Of a stretch of 62,804 nucleotides of DNA, positions 25,481 through 34,902 are shown piece by piece. The stretch is from Alphaproteobacteria bacterium (GTDB lineage: Bacteria > Pseudomonadota > Alphaproteobacteria > SMXQ01). Numbering within the stretch: the first letter of the stretch is position 1; every line of letters starts with the position of its first letter. The notes under the pieces are model-generated. The model worked only from the letters and a program-made list of their open reading frames with translations, had not been told where the DNA came from and made no database searches. Both the position numbers and the translations under genes were made by a program. The stretch lies in assembly GCA_029863585.1 (NCBI GenBank), contig JAOTVC010000002.1, positions 1 to 62,804 of the forward strand. Reading direction: 5' to 3'.

Positions 25481-26479
25481 ATGAACCGCATTTTCTCGGG
25501 CGTTCAACCCACCGGCAATCTGCATCTCGGCAACTACCTGGGAGCGATCCGCAATTGGGTGGAACTGCAGGACGATTACGATTGCATTTTTTGCATCGTC
25601 GATCTCCATGCCTTGACCCTGCCCCAGGACCCGGAAGGGCTCCGCGGCCACACCAGGGAGGTGACGGCGGCCTACTTGGCCGCGGGCATCGATCCGGAGA
25701 AATGCATCATCTTCAACCAGTCCTCGGTCCCGGGCCATTCGGAGCTGGCCTGGCTGTTCGCCTGCATTACGCCGCTCGGCTGGCTCAACCGCATGACCCA
25801 GTTCAAGGAGAAGGCGGGCAAACACCGGGAAAACGCGGGCCTTGGGCTCTATGCCTATCCCGTGCTGATGGCCGCCGACATCCTGCTCTACAAGGCGACC
25901 CACGTGCCGGTGGGAGAGGATCAGAAGCAGCATCTGGAGCTTTCGCGCGATATCGCCGGCGCCTTCAACCGGCAATACGAGACCGATTATTTCCCGCTGC
26001 CCGAACCCCAGATCCTAGGCGAGGCGACCCGGGTGATGAGCCTGCGCGACGGCTCCAACAAGATGAGCAAGTCGGATCCGTCGGACTATTCGCGCATCAA
26101 CATGACCGACGATGCCGACACCATCGCGCTCAAGGTCCGGCGCGCCCGCACCGATCCCGAACCCCTGCCGGATACGGTCGACGGACTGGAGGGCCGGCCC
26201 GAGGCCGCCAACCTGATCGGCATCTACGCCGCGCTGACCCGGACCACCCGCGCCGACGTCGTCGCCGCGTTCGGGGGCAAGATGTTCTCCGAATTCAAGG
26301 ACGCCCTGGCCACGGTGGCGGTGGACACGCTGGGGCCGATCGGGGCCGAGATGCAGCGCCTGCTGGCCGAGCCCGGCCTGGTCGACGGGGTGCTTCACCG
26401 GGGCGCGGAACGGGCCGGGGAAATTGCCCGCCATCACCTCTCCGAGATTCACCGGATCGTCGGTCTGCTGCGTCCCTGA
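25481..26479 (+). CDS. trpS: tryptophan--tRNA ligase
   Basis: [18 protein letters not shown] (HIGH-type) and KMSKS motifs. Start taken at the ATG giving MNRIFSG… (the track ORF starts 30 nt earlier at a GTG). Confidence 0.95.
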   Translation: MNRIFSGVQPTGNLHLGNYLGAIRNWVELQDDYDCIFCIVDLHALTLPQDPEGLRGHTREVTAAYLAAGIDPEKCIIFNQSSVPGHSELAWLFACITPLGWLNRMTQFKEKAGKHRENAGLGLYAYPVLMAADILLYKATHVPVGEDQKQHLELSRDIAGAFNRQYETDYFPLPEPQILGEATRVMSLRDGSNKMSKSDPSDYSRINMTDDADTIALKVRRARTDPEPLPDTVDGLEGRPEAANLIGIYAALTRTTRADVVAAFGGKMFSEFKDALATVAVDTLGPIGAEMQRLLAEPGLVDGVLHRGAERAGEIARHHLSEIHRIVGLLRP

Positions 26480-26598
26480 TCGGCCCCAAGGGCGCCGCGG
26501 ATTTTATTTCCTTGCGCTTTTGCCTGACCGGGCGCACAAACGGTGGGTCCATGAACATCTAGGCCGGACGGGCGTGTATCTCGGCGCTCTTTCCTTCC

Positions 26599-27519
26599 AT
26601 GCAGATTTATCTGCCGATCGCTGAAATTTCCCTCGACGTGTTGCTGCTTCTGGCAATGGGCGGGGGCATCGGGTTCCTATCCGGCTTGTTCGGCGTGGGC
26701 GGCGGATTCCTCATGACGCCGCTGTTGATCTTCATCGGCGTGAGTCCCGCGGTGGCGGTCGCGTCGGAAGCCAATCAAGTGGTCGCCGCCTCGGTTTCCG
26801 GCGTTTTCGCCCACATGCGCAGGGGCAATGTCGATTTCAAGATGGGGGCGGTGCTGTTGGCCGGCGGTCTGACGGGGTCGAGCTTCGGCGTCTGGATCTA
26901 TTCGCTGTTGCGCGCCATCGGCCAGCTGGACCTGGTGATTTCGCTGTCCTATGTCGCCTTCCTCGGCATCATCGGCAGCCTGATGCTGGCGGAATCGATG
27001 CGCTCGGTGCTGCGTCGCCGGAGACCTGGGGCGCCGCGCCGGAAGCTGCACCAGCACACCTGGATGCACGGGCTGCCGCTGAAAATGCGGTTCCGCAAGT
27101 CCAAGCTCTACATCAGCGCCCTGCTGCCCCTTTCCATCGGTTTTTCCGTCGGCATCCTGTCCGCCATCATGGGCGTCGGCGGCGGCTTCATCATCGTGCC
27201 GGCGATGATCTATGTCCTGGGCATGCCGACCATCACCGTGGTCGGCACCTCGCTGTTCCAGATCACCTTCGTGACCGCGAACGTGACCTTCCTGCAGGCG
27301 GTCAACAATCAGACGGTGGATGTGGTCCTGGCCCTGATCCTTCTGATCGGGGGCGTGGTCGGGGCGCAGTTCGGCGGCTTGTTCGCGGGCCGTTTGCCGG
27401 GGGACTACCTGCGGCTTCTGCTGGGCGCCTTCGTCTTGTTCGTGGGCGGCGTCATCATGTTCAGCCTCGTTCTTACCCCCGACGACATCTATTCCATCGG
27501 CCGGGTGACCGGGCGATGA
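26599..27519 (+). CDS. TauE/SafE (DUF81) family anion exporter-like membrane protein
   Basis: Duplicated G-rich helices GFLSGLFGVGGGFLMTP and LSAIMGVGGGFIIVP. 306 aa. Confidence 0.85.
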   Translation: MQIYLPIAEISLDVLLLLAMGGGIGFLSGLFGVGGGFLMTPLLIFIGVSPAVAVASEANQVVAASVSGVFAHMRRGNVDFKMGAVLLAGGLTGSSFGVWIYSLLRAIGQLDLVISLSYVAFLGIIGSLMLAESMRSVLRRRRPGAPRRKLHQHTWMHGLPLKMRFRKSKLYISALLPLSIGFSVGILSAIMGVGGGFIIVPAMIYVLGMPTITVVGTSLFQITFVTANVTFLQAVNNQTVDVVLALILLIGGVVGAQFGGLFAGRLPGDYLRLLLGAFVLFVGGVIMFSLVLTPDDIYSIGRVTGR

Positions 27520-28265
27520 GACGGGCCGCGCTCCTCCTGATGCTGGCCGTGGCGCTGGCGGCGGCGCCGGGCCGGGGCGGCGCCGGGGCGCAGGAACTGG
27601 TGGCGGATTCCTCGCGCCATCTGGTCGCCATCACCACCGGCTTCGTCGGGACCGAGGTGCTGCTGTTCGGCGCCACCGAGGGACGCGGCGACGTGATCAT
27701 CGTGGTCCGCGGTCCCGCCCGCAATGAAGTCACCCGCCGCAAGGGCCGTCACGGGGGAATCTGGATCAACGAGGCCGAGGTCACTTTCACCAACGTGCCG
27801 TCCTACTATTGGCTGGCCTCAAGCAAGCCGATCGACAACCTGCTGCGGCCCGAAGCTCTTGAACGCCATGGGATCGGGGTCAATCACCTCGCCTTGGTGA
27901 CGCCCAAGAAGGTCGGCGAGAAGGAGTTGGCGGGGTTCCGCGCCGGTCTCTTGCGGAACAAGATCAAGGACGGCCTGTTCACCACCAAGCCCCGGGACAT
28001 CGCGTTCCTAGGGGATCGCCTGTTTCGCACGGCCATCTATTTCCCAGCCAATGTCCCCACCGGGCCCTATACGGTCCAGGTTTTCCTGGTCCGCGAGGGA
28101 CGCGTGGCCGGGGCCCAGACCGTGCCGCTCAACATCGCCAAGGTCGGGATCGGCGCCGATGTCTATCATTTCGCCCACGCTTCATCCGCGCTATACGGCA
28201 TCTTCGCCATCGTCATTGCCCTGGCGGCGGGGCTTTTGGCGGGCGTGATCTTCAGAAAGGCTTGA
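27516..28265 (+). CDS. Alph_Pro_TM / TIGR02186-type conserved alphaproteobacterial membrane protein
   Basis: Signal peptide, soluble domain and one C-terminal TM helix. ATGA overlap with the TauE-family gene, the usual partner as far as I recall. Confidence 0.65.
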   Translation: MRRAALLLMLAVALAAAPGRGGAGAQELVADSSRHLVAITTGFVGTEVLLFGATEGRGDVIIVVRGPARNEVTRRKGRHGGIWINEAEVTFTNVPSYYWLASSKPIDNLLRPEALERHGIGVNHLALVTPKKVGEKELAGFRAGLLRNKIKDGLFTTKPRDIAFLGDRLFRTAIYFPANVPTGPYTVQVFLVREGRVAGAQTVPLNIAKVGIGADVYHFAHASSALYGIFAIVIALAAGLLAGVIFRKA

Positions 28266-28268
28266 TCC

Positions 28269-28796
28269 ATGTCGCAGGACAACGACGGCAACGACGCGAG
28301 CCCCGGCGCCAAGACCAAGAATGGGCGGGGCGGTGACGAGCGCATTTTCCTGGTCGTCATCGACGCGACGGAGGAGCATCGCAAGGCGCTCCGGTTCGCG
28401 AGCCTGAGGGCCAAGAATACCGGCGGGCGGGTGGCCCTGCTTTATGTGCTCGAACCGGCGGAATTCAAGCATTGGATGGCGGTCGAGGACATCATGCGCC
28501 AGGAACGCCGGGAAGAGGCGGAAGCGCTGCTTCACGAGGTTTCCGCCGACGTCCAGGAACTGTCCGGCAAGACACCCGTTTATTTCCTGCGGGAGGGCAA
28601 CCTGGCGGAAGAGCTGATGAAAGTCATCCGCGAGGAAAAGAGCATTTCCATCTTGGTGTTGGCCGCGGCGCCCGGCAAAACCGGCCCGGGCCCCCTGGTT
28701 TCGGCTCTGGCCGGCAAGGCCTCAGGCAGCCTGCCGGTACCCCTCACCCTGGTGCCGGGCGACCTGACCGACGAGGAAATCGACGCGTTAACCTGA
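28269..28796 (+). CDS. universal stress protein-like (Usp fold)
   Basis: IFLVVIDATEEHRKALRFA…GRVALLYVLEP… and ILVLAAA…G pattern. 175 aa. Starts 3 nt after the previous gene. Confidence 0.65.
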   Translation: MSQDNDGNDASPGAKTKNGRGGDERIFLVVIDATEEHRKALRFASLRAKNTGGRVALLYVLEPAEFKHWMAVEDIMRQERREEAEALLHEVSADVQELSGKTPVYFLREGNLAEELMKVIREEKSISILVLAAAPGKTGPGPLVSALAGKASGSLPVPLTLVPGDLTDEEIDALT

Positions 28797-29069
28797 GGGC
28801 ACGGCGGAAGGGTTGGGATAGTTGCTCAGAGTCGTGCCCCCGCGACACAACGTTTCATTTTTGTAATTAATGTATGGCATTTACCATAAATTTGACTAAA
28901 TTACTGATATATATTGAGAAAATTCCCTTGATTTTGGACAAACCTTTACCCAATTTATGGACCGGCGCGTCGGTGGGACCGCCGGCGCGAGACTGTCGCC
29001 CCCATGGCGGCACAGGCGTGAGGGCCAGCGAATGGTTGGTCTAGCAATCGGGGTTACAGAAACGGGATC

Positions 29070-29627
29070 ATGTTTATCCAGACCGAGCAGACGCCCAACC
29101 CGGCGACCCTGAAGTTCCTGCCCGGATGCCAGGTGATGGAGCGCGGCACGCTGGACATGTCCAGCCCGGAGGATGCCGGCGCTTCGCCACTGGCCCGCAA
29201 CTTGTTCGCCGTGGACGGGGTCTGCGGCGTGTTCCTGGGATCGGATTTCATTTCAGTGACCAAGGACGGGGCCAAGGACTGGGCGACCATGAAGCCTATG
29301 GTGCTCAGCGCCATCATGGAGCATTTCACCTCCGGCGCGCCGGTCGTGGAGGGCGCGGCCATCGATGAGGCCGAGCAAGAGAGCGACGGCGAAGACGCCG
29401 AGATCGTCGTCCAGATCAAGGACCTGTTGGATACAAGGGTGCGCCCGGCCGTCGCTCAGGATGGCGGGGATATCGTCTTCCGCGCTTACGAAGACGGGAT
29501 CGTTTTCTTACACATGCAAGGAGCCTGTTCCGGTTGCCCCAGTTCCACGGCGACTCTCAAGATGGGCATTGAAAATCTTCTCAAGCATTTCATACCCGAG
29601 GTCAGAGAGGTGCGTCCGGTCGAGTAG
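29070..29627 (+). CDS. NifU-family Fe-S cluster assembly/delivery protein (Nfu_N + NifU C-terminal domain)
   Basis: MFIQTEQTPNPATLKFLPG (Nfu_N) and GACSGCPSS (CXXC of the NifU C-terminal domain). Confidence 0.9.
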   Translation: MFIQTEQTPNPATLKFLPGCQVMERGTLDMSSPEDAGASPLARNLFAVDGVCGVFLGSDFISVTKDGAKDWATMKPMVLSAIMEHFTSGAPVVEGAAIDEAEQESDGEDAEIVVQIKDLLDTRVRPAVAQDGGDIVFRAYEDGIVFLHMQGACSGCPSSTATLKMGIENLLKHFIPEVREVRPVE

Positions 29628-29711
29628 ACGAGAGCGGCTCGGACGATATTTTAAGAGATGGACCGATTGGGGACGGCCGTCTTTCACAATCTGAAAGGAT
29701 TGGAGAGAGGC

Positions 29712-30893
29712 ATGTTGATTGGTTTTTTAAAGCGTTTGAAGTCCATTCCATTTCCCCGTTCCCCGTTCGGCGCCATCGCCGGCCAGTTTGCCGGGGACGG
29801 CAAACCGGCGGCTCCCGCCGTCGTCCTGACGGCCCTGGCCGCTTGTCTGGTCTGGACGGCCCCGGATCCCCACTCGGCCGGTTCTTTCGCGACCGGCGCC
29901 AAGGGCTCGGCTGTGCCGATGCGGGGCCCGATGGGTTTCGGCTCTCTTCCTGATTCTTCGGTCTTTGCTGGGCAGACGGCGATCGTCGCCAAGGCCCCGG
30001 TCATCCGAAAGACGAAGCGGGCCGCAGCGCCGGCCGTCTCGACTGCCGCGGCACCGTCGAAGACGGCGGGGGTCGTCATGGGTTCGGCCAGTGCCCTGAA
30101 GCTGTTCTCCGATTTCCGGCGCATCGGCTATCGGCTGGAGGATCTGCGCAAAGGCGCGAGCGACGTGCCGCGAGTCTTCGTCAAGGCGATGCCCAAGGAC
30201 ATCGGCCTGGTGCGCTCGATTCCCCGGCGCAAGGCTGTTTTCATCAAGACCATGCTGCCCTTGATCCTGAGCATCAATGAGGAACTGCGCGCCACCCGTG
30301 CCCGGGTGCAGGACCTGGCCGCGTCCGCCGCCAAGGGCGCGCGCTTGGGCGCCGATGACCGCGCCTGGCTCGCCGCACAGTACGACCGGTTCGATGTCGA
30401 GCCGGGCGCGTTGGATGTGCTGGCCCGCCGCATCGACGTCGTCCCGCCGTCCCTGGCCATGGCCCAGGGCGCCGAGGAAAGCGGTTGGGGCTCTTCGCGC
30501 TTCGCGCTGGAGGGCCGGGCGTTGTTCGGCCAGCGCACTTTCAAGAATGGCCCCGGGATCGTGCCGCACCAGCGCGGCGAGGGAGACAGCTTCAAGGTGC
30601 GGAGCTTCGACCATCTGCTCGACGGGGTGCGGTCCTATGTCCACAATCTGAACACGCATCCCGCCTATGCCGAATTCAGGGCGCTGCGGGCCAAGCTTCG
30701 GGCCGCGGCGGGCGGTGCCCACGGGATCGATTCCCTGCGCCTTGTGGAGGCGCTCAAGAGTTATTCAGAGCGCGGCGAGAATTACATCAAGACCATCAAA
30801 TCGATCATCCGTTTCAATAAGCTTCGGGCGCTGGACGATGACCGGCTGAAGCAGGCCCGGAGCGCCGTCGACGCCACCCCGGGACCGGTATAG
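29712..30893 (+). CDS. glucosaminidase-domain protein (Bax/FlgJ-like muramidase family)
   Basis: ATG 29712 preceded by GGAGAGAGG. Motif LAMAQGAEESGWGSSRFALEGRALFG is typical of mannosyl-glycoprotein endo-beta-N-acetylglucosaminidase domains. Confidence 0.75.
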   Translation: MLIGFLKRLKSIPFPRSPFGAIAGQFAGDGKPAAPAVVLTALAACLVWTAPDPHSAGSFATGAKGSAVPMRGPMGFGSLPDSSVFAGQTAIVAKAPVIRKTKRAAAPAVSTAAAPSKTAGVVMGSASALKLFSDFRRIGYRLEDLRKGASDVPRVFVKAMPKDIGLVRSIPRRKAVFIKTMLPLILSINEELRATRARVQDLAASAAKGARLGADDRAWLAAQYDRFDVEPGALDVLARRIDVVPPSLAMAQGAEESGWGSSRFALEGRALFGQRTFKNGPGIVPHQRGEGDSFKVRSFDHLLDGVRSYVHNLNTHPAYAEFRALRAKLRAAAGGAHGIDSLRLVEALKSYSERGENYIKTIKSIIRFNKLRALDDDRLKQARSAVDATPGPV

Positions 30894-30919
30894 CCACTGC
30901 CGGCCGCTGCCGGCGGGCG

Positions 30920-32029
30920 TTATTTTCCCGGAATGAAGAACTGATAGCCGAACCAGCGCCAGCGCCCGCCGCCGGCGGGCAGGGTGCAGTTGATCCGCGC
31001 CCGGCCCGCCGCGAAGGGACCGGGCGGGCGGGCCTCGATGCGCCGTGGGCCCACTCGCTCGATCTTGAGCTTCCCGTGTGCCGATGAGTAGCACGCCAAC
31101 GCCTCGAGGCCCCGGATAGCGGCCCCCACCGTGAAGCCGAAGGGCGGCGGGTTGGGCCCCAAGGTGGCATCGCCGGGCGTGATTTCGGTGGCATAGAGCG
31201 GCAATGCGTTGGCGGCGCGGCGGAACCGCTCGAGTGATCCGTAGCGTTCGCTGAGGGCGAAGCGGGGCAGGTAATAGAAATCGGCCTGCCCGTGCAGGGT
31301 GCCGGAATGCTGGCCGAATGCCGCCCCGTAGCCCGCCGCCCCGGCCGCGTCCTTTACCGCCTGGCTGGCCTCGCCGTAAGGGTAGGCGAAGAGGCGCGGA
31401 CGGAAGCCGATCTCCTTTTCGAACCGTGCGTTGGATTTCGCAAGTTCCTGGGCCGCGGCCTCGGGGGCGAGCGCGGCAAGATGGGCGTGACGCGCCGAGT
31501 GCGCCGCGATGGTGACCCCCGCCTTGGCCAGCTCCCGGACCTCGTCCCAGGTCATGAAGGCCCGGCCCCCGCCGTCCACGGCATCGGTGGCGACAAACAG
31601 GGTGAAGGGCAGGCCGGCGCGCCGGAGCCGTGGCCAGGCTTCCCGGTAGACCGAGCGAAAGGCATCGTCGATGGTGAGTGCGATCGTACGGTCCTTTAGT
31701 GGCCGGCCCGCCTTGAGCGCGGCGACGATCTCCGGCAACGGCCTGACGTCGTACTTGCCGGTCGAGAGCTCCTTGAGGTGGGCTTCGAACTGCGCGATGC
31801 GGATGTTGGTGTCCGGCAGGCCGGATTCCCCGAACCGATGATACATCATCACCACGGCGGACGATTCCACCGGTTTCTGGTTTGCCTGGGGGGGGCGGCC
31901 GTCGGCGGCGACGCCCGGCCGGGGTGCCAGGGACAGGGCCGCCAGGGACAGGGCCGCGGCGGCCGGAATGAAGCGCCGGACGGAGGCCGGGAGAGGCCGG
32001 TGAGCGCCGCCGGACGCGCCGTCCCCCAT
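30920..32029 (-). CDS. polysaccharide deacetylase family protein (NodB homology) with extra C-terminal domain
   Basis: VMMYHRFGE…, ALTIDDAFRSVY, TLFVATD, HSARHAHL. Start taken at the ATG giving MGDGASGG… so that it does not overlap the upstream dipeptidase gene (5-nt gap). Confidence 0.8.
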   Translation of the reverse strand: MGDGASGGAHRPLPASVRRFIPAAAALSLAALSLAPRPGVAADGRPPQANQKPVESSAVVMMYHRFGESGLPDTNIRIAQFEAHLKELSTGKYDVRPLPEIVAALKAGRPLKDRTIALTIDDAFRSVYREAWPRLRRAGLPFTLFVATDAVDGGGRAFMTWDEVRELAKAGVTIAAHSARHAHLAALAPEAAAQELAKSNARFEKEIGFRPRLFAYPYGEASQAVKDAAGAAGYGAAFGQHSGTLHGQADFYYLPRFALSERYGSLERFRRAANALPLYATEITPGDATLGPNPPPFGFTVGAAIRGLEALACYSSAHGKLKIERVGPRRIEARPPGPFAAGRARINCTLPAGGGRWRWFGYQFFIPGK

Positions 32030-32034
32030 CGGCG

Positions 32035-32622
32035 TCAGGCGGGCGGCATCATCGGCGCGGCCAGCGCGGTGTCGCTGATCAGGGGATAGCGCCGTGAATC
32101 GAACATCTGGTAATGCCACCATTCGTTCCGGTAAAAGTCCCAGCCCGCCGATGTCATCAACCCCAACAGCATGTGCCGGTTGGCTTGGGCGATGGCGGGG
32201 ATGTCCCGGTTGCCGTGATGGGCACGGGGCGAAAAATCGTCGAAACCGGTGCCCATTTCGAGCCGCCTGCCGTCGGGTCCGACCAGGGTCAGGTCCACCG
32301 CAACGCCCCGGGAATGGGGCGAGCCGCGCCTGGGATCGGCCAAGAAGTCGGGATCCGGCGTGTGGTTCCACAATACCCATTGCGCTTCGCTGGGGCGGAA
32401 GGCATCGAACACGAGGAATCGGAGGCCGACGGCGGCGGCCAGTTCCACGGCGCGGGCCAGCAAAGCGGCTGCGTCCCTGTGGAGATAGCAGGCGGCCCGG
32501 CCATAGACCGGGGTGCCGGTAAAGTTATCGGGGCCGGCATAGGCGATGTCGAAGTCCACGTCATAATCGGGGGCGGTGATCTCGACCAGTCCGTTGGCGT
32601 GTTCAGGCGTGGGTTGGGCCAT
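32035..32622 (-). CDS. ddpX: D-alanyl-D-alanine dipeptidase (VanX/DdpX, peptidase M15D)
   Basis: FDAFRP…, SPHSRGVAVDLTL, WWHY motifs. 195 aa. Confidence 0.85.
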   Translation of the reverse strand: MAQPTPEHANGLVEITAPDYDVDFDIAYAGPDNFTGTPVYGRAACYLHRDAAALLARAVELAAAVGLRFLVFDAFRPSEAQWVLWNHTPDPDFLADPRRGSPHSRGVAVDLTLVGPDGRRLEMGTGFDDFSPRAHHGNRDIPAIAQANRHMLLGLMTSAGWDFYRNEWWHYQMFDSRRYPLISDTALAAPMMPPA

Positions 32623-32672
32623 AGCAAAACGCAGTTTAACATGAGACGCGCTATACTTCGACGTTAACCGGA

Positions 32673-33407
32673 ATGGCTCCGATGATCGTGCTGGGACTCG
32701 ATACCGCGACCACCGCCTGCTCCGTCGCCCTTTGGGCCGACGGAACCGTCGTCGCGAATCGGTTCGAGCTGATGGAGCGCGGCCAAGCCGAGCGCCTCAA
32801 CCCCATGATCGGCGAGGTGATGGACGACGCCGCGTTGGCATTCCGGGATCTCGACGCCATCGCCGTGACCACCGGTCCGGGCGCGTTCACGGGATTGCGA
32901 ATCGGTCTTGCCGCGGCCCGGGCCATAGCATTGGCGGTGGCGGTACCGGTGATCGGGGTCACCACGTTCGACGCCCTGGCCCTGGCCGTGCCCGAAGCGG
33001 AGCGTGCGGGGCGCAGCCTGGTGGTGGCGGTCAACGGCAAGCGCCGCGACGTGTTCTATCAGTTGTTCGGAGCCGACGGGCAGTCCTGCGGCCCCGGCGC
33101 CGCGTTGGATCCCGGCGCCGCGGTCGATGTCCTGCCGCCAGGCCCGCTGTTGATTGCCGGGGACGGGGCGCCGCAGCTGCGGGCCGGGCTCGCAGGGAAC
33201 GAGGAGGCCGGCGACGGCCCCGAGGCACGGATCCGGTTTTCCATCGCCGTGGCGCCGCCCGATGCCGTTTACGTGGCCCGGATCGGCGCGGAAAGGCGGC
33301 CCGCAGAGGGGACAGCCCCGTCGGCTCCGCCCCGTCCGCTCTATATCCGGCCGCCCGACGCGCGTCTGCCCCGGCCCGGCACCGGGCGTGGACTTGGCGT
33401 GCCATGA
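32673..33407 (+). CDS. tsaB: tRNA t6A37 biosynthesis protein TsaB
   Basis: VLGLDTATTACSVAL… and TTGPGAFTGLRIGLAAARAIAL. ATGA overlap with rimI. Confidence 0.85.
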   Translation: MAPMIVLGLDTATTACSVALWADGTVVANRFELMERGQAERLNPMIGEVMDDAALAFRDLDAIAVTTGPGAFTGLRIGLAAARAIALAVAVPVIGVTTFDALALAVPEAERAGRSLVVAVNGKRRDVFYQLFGADGQSCGPGAALDPGAAVDVLPPGPLLIAGDGAPQLRAGLAGNEEAGDGPEARIRFSIAVAPPDAVYVARIGAERRPAEGTAPSAPPRPLYIRPPDARLPRPGTGRGLGVP

Positions 33408-33898
33408 AGGCGCTGCGTGCATTCGACGGGGCCGGGCTGATCGCGGCGACGGCATCCCACGCCACCGTCATTGCCGAGCTTCACCGGCGCTGTTTCGACG
33501 AACCGTGGAGCGTTTTCACGGTGCGCCAAGTGCTCGCCATGCCCGGCGCCTTCGGATTTCTTGCGGTCGAAGAGAATTCCGGCATGGCCGACCCGGGTTT
33601 GCTCGGCTTCGCGCTGGGCCGCTCCGCCGCCGGGGAATGCGAGCTGCTGTCTCTCGCCGTCGCCGCGCGCCAGCGCCGACGCGGCATCGGCAATGCCTTG
33701 CTGGCCGCAGCCCTGGACCGCGCCCGCCGCGATGGGGTCGGACGCATGTTTCTCGAGGTGGCGGAAGATAACGCCGTCGCCCAGCGTCTCTATCGCGCTT
33801 ACGGGTTCCGCCAGGTCGGCCGCCGACCGCGGTATTACCGCCGCCCCCGGGGCGAAGCGATGGCGGCGCTGACCTACGCGGTCTCGCTGCAAGATTAA
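33404..33898 (+). CDS. rimI: ribosomal-protein-alanine N-acetyltransferase (GNAT)
   Basis: ATG 33404 is in frame with track ORF 32732..33898. Motifs ELLSLAVAARQRRRGIGNALL and MFLEVAEDNAVAQRLYRAYGF. Classical tsaB-rimI pairing. Confidence 0.8.
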   Translation: MKALRAFDGAGLIAATASHATVIAELHRRCFDEPWSVFTVRQVLAMPGAFGFLAVEENSGMADPGLLGFALGRSAAGECELLSLAVAARQRRRGIGNALLAAALDRARRDGVGRMFLEVAEDNAVAQRLYRAYGFRQVGRRPRYYRRPRGEAMAALTYAVSLQD

Positions 33899-34149
33899 TC
33901 GCCGGTTTTTCTCAAGCTCAGGATGTGGATATCCTCTGGCCCGGCGGCTTTCGGGTCGGCCGGTTCGAGGCCGAGGACCTCGTGACCGTGTTCGCGGACC
34001 GAACGGGGTACATTTCCGAGCGGTTCAGCGCCCCGCAGGCGAACCTCCGCCACATCGCCGGTTGCCATTTTCTCAATCAATATCTTCGTCTTGACGAAGG
34101 TAAGTGGACAGGTGTCCTGAGTTATATCGAGATAGTGCTTTGTCGTCAT
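33895..34149 (-). CDS. TusA/SirA-family sulfurtransferase-like protein
   Basis: 84 aa. N-terminal LDITQDTCPLTFVKTK (conserved Cys-Pro context of the TusA family). Confidence 0.65.
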   Translation of the reverse strand: MTTKHYLDITQDTCPLTFVKTKILIEKMATGDVAEVRLRGAEPLGNVPRSVREHGHEVLGLEPADPKAAGPEDIHILSLRKTGD

Positions 34150-34166
34150 CTTTACGAAATAAAAAG

Positions 34167-34195
34167 TTGAACTACCTTTTCACTGAAACTATATT
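34167..34195 (+). promoter_or_regulatory. candidate sigma70-type promoter of mucR
   Basis: TTGAAC-17 nt-TATATT, about 35 nt upstream of the mucR ATG, in an AT-rich spacer. Confidence 0.35.
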
Positions 34196-34229
34196 CTAGC
34201 CGCTATTCCCCCAAGGAGAATAAATACAA

Positions 34230-34643
34230 ATGACGGACACACAAGAAACAAACGACCTTTTGGAACTGACGACCGAAATCGTCTCGTCCCATGTGGCCAA
34301 CAATTCCGTTGCCGTCCAGGATCTGCCCGACCTCATTCGTCAGGTTTACGGCACCCTGTCGACGATCGAACAAGCCCCCGCCACCCATGCCGACCGCCCG
34401 CAGCCGGCGGTTCCGATCAAAAGGTCGGTCACGCCGGACTATATCGTCTGTCTGGAGGACGGCCGGAAGCTCAAGATGCTGAAGCGCCATCTCAAGACGG
34501 CTTACAACATGACGCCGGAAGAGTATCGCGAGCGTTGGGGCCTGCAGGCGGACTATCCGATGGTCGCACCCAATTATGCGCGCCAGCGTTCCAACCTGGC
34601 GAAAAAGATCGGCCTGGGGACCAAGCCGCGCCGCCGATCCTAA
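34230..34643 (+). CDS. mucR: MucR/Ros family zinc-finger transcriptional regulator
   Basis: LTTEIVSSHVANNSV…, IVCLEDGRKLKMLKRHLKTAYNMTPEEYRERWGL…DYPMVAPNYA: the canonical Ros/MucR sequence. SD AAGGAGA. Confidence 0.9.
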   Translation: MTDTQETNDLLELTTEIVSSHVANNSVAVQDLPDLIRQVYGTLSTIEQAPATHADRPQPAVPIKRSVTPDYIVCLEDGRKLKMLKRHLKTAYNMTPEEYRERWGLQADYPMVAPNYARQRSNLAKKIGLGTKPRRRS

Positions 34644-34752
34644 GGCTTCGCTTGCTCCGGTCATATGGCCCGGCCCGCCATCCCTCACGAATGTAGGAAG
34701 TCCGGAGGCTTCCACGAAGGAGGGAACCGTGGCAAGGGGCATGATCACGAAT

Positions 34753-34795
34753 CGGCCGGTCCCCCAGCGGGGACCGGCCGTTGCCGTCTTTCTGG
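34753..34795 (+). terminator. rho-independent terminator downstream of mucR
   Basis: CGGCCGGTCCCC-cagc-GGGGACCGGCCG (12-bp perfect stem) followed by the T-rich TTGCCGTCTTTCTGGTT. Confidence 0.7.
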
Positions 34796-34902
34796 TTGGG
34801 GAGAGTCATCCACTGTTCCCGTCGTCCCCCCGGTTGGGTATGATTGCGGCGAAGCCACGCTGAACCTAGACCGGGGATAGCCAGCGAGTGGGTGGAAACG
34901 GC

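Noticed and set aside
32030-32380. The 117-codon N-terminal extension of the polysaccharide deacetylase ORF (track start 32380).
   Set aside because: It would overlap the D-Ala-D-Ala dipeptidase coding region in another frame and is Arg/Pro-rich. The internal ATG 32029 gives a signal-like N-terminus and a 5-nt intergenic gap.
33895-33898. Convergent rimI and tusA-like genes share their stop codons in a TTAA palindrome (4-nt overlap).
   Set aside because: The overlap is real but trivial. There is no evidence for a functional consequence beyond tight packing.
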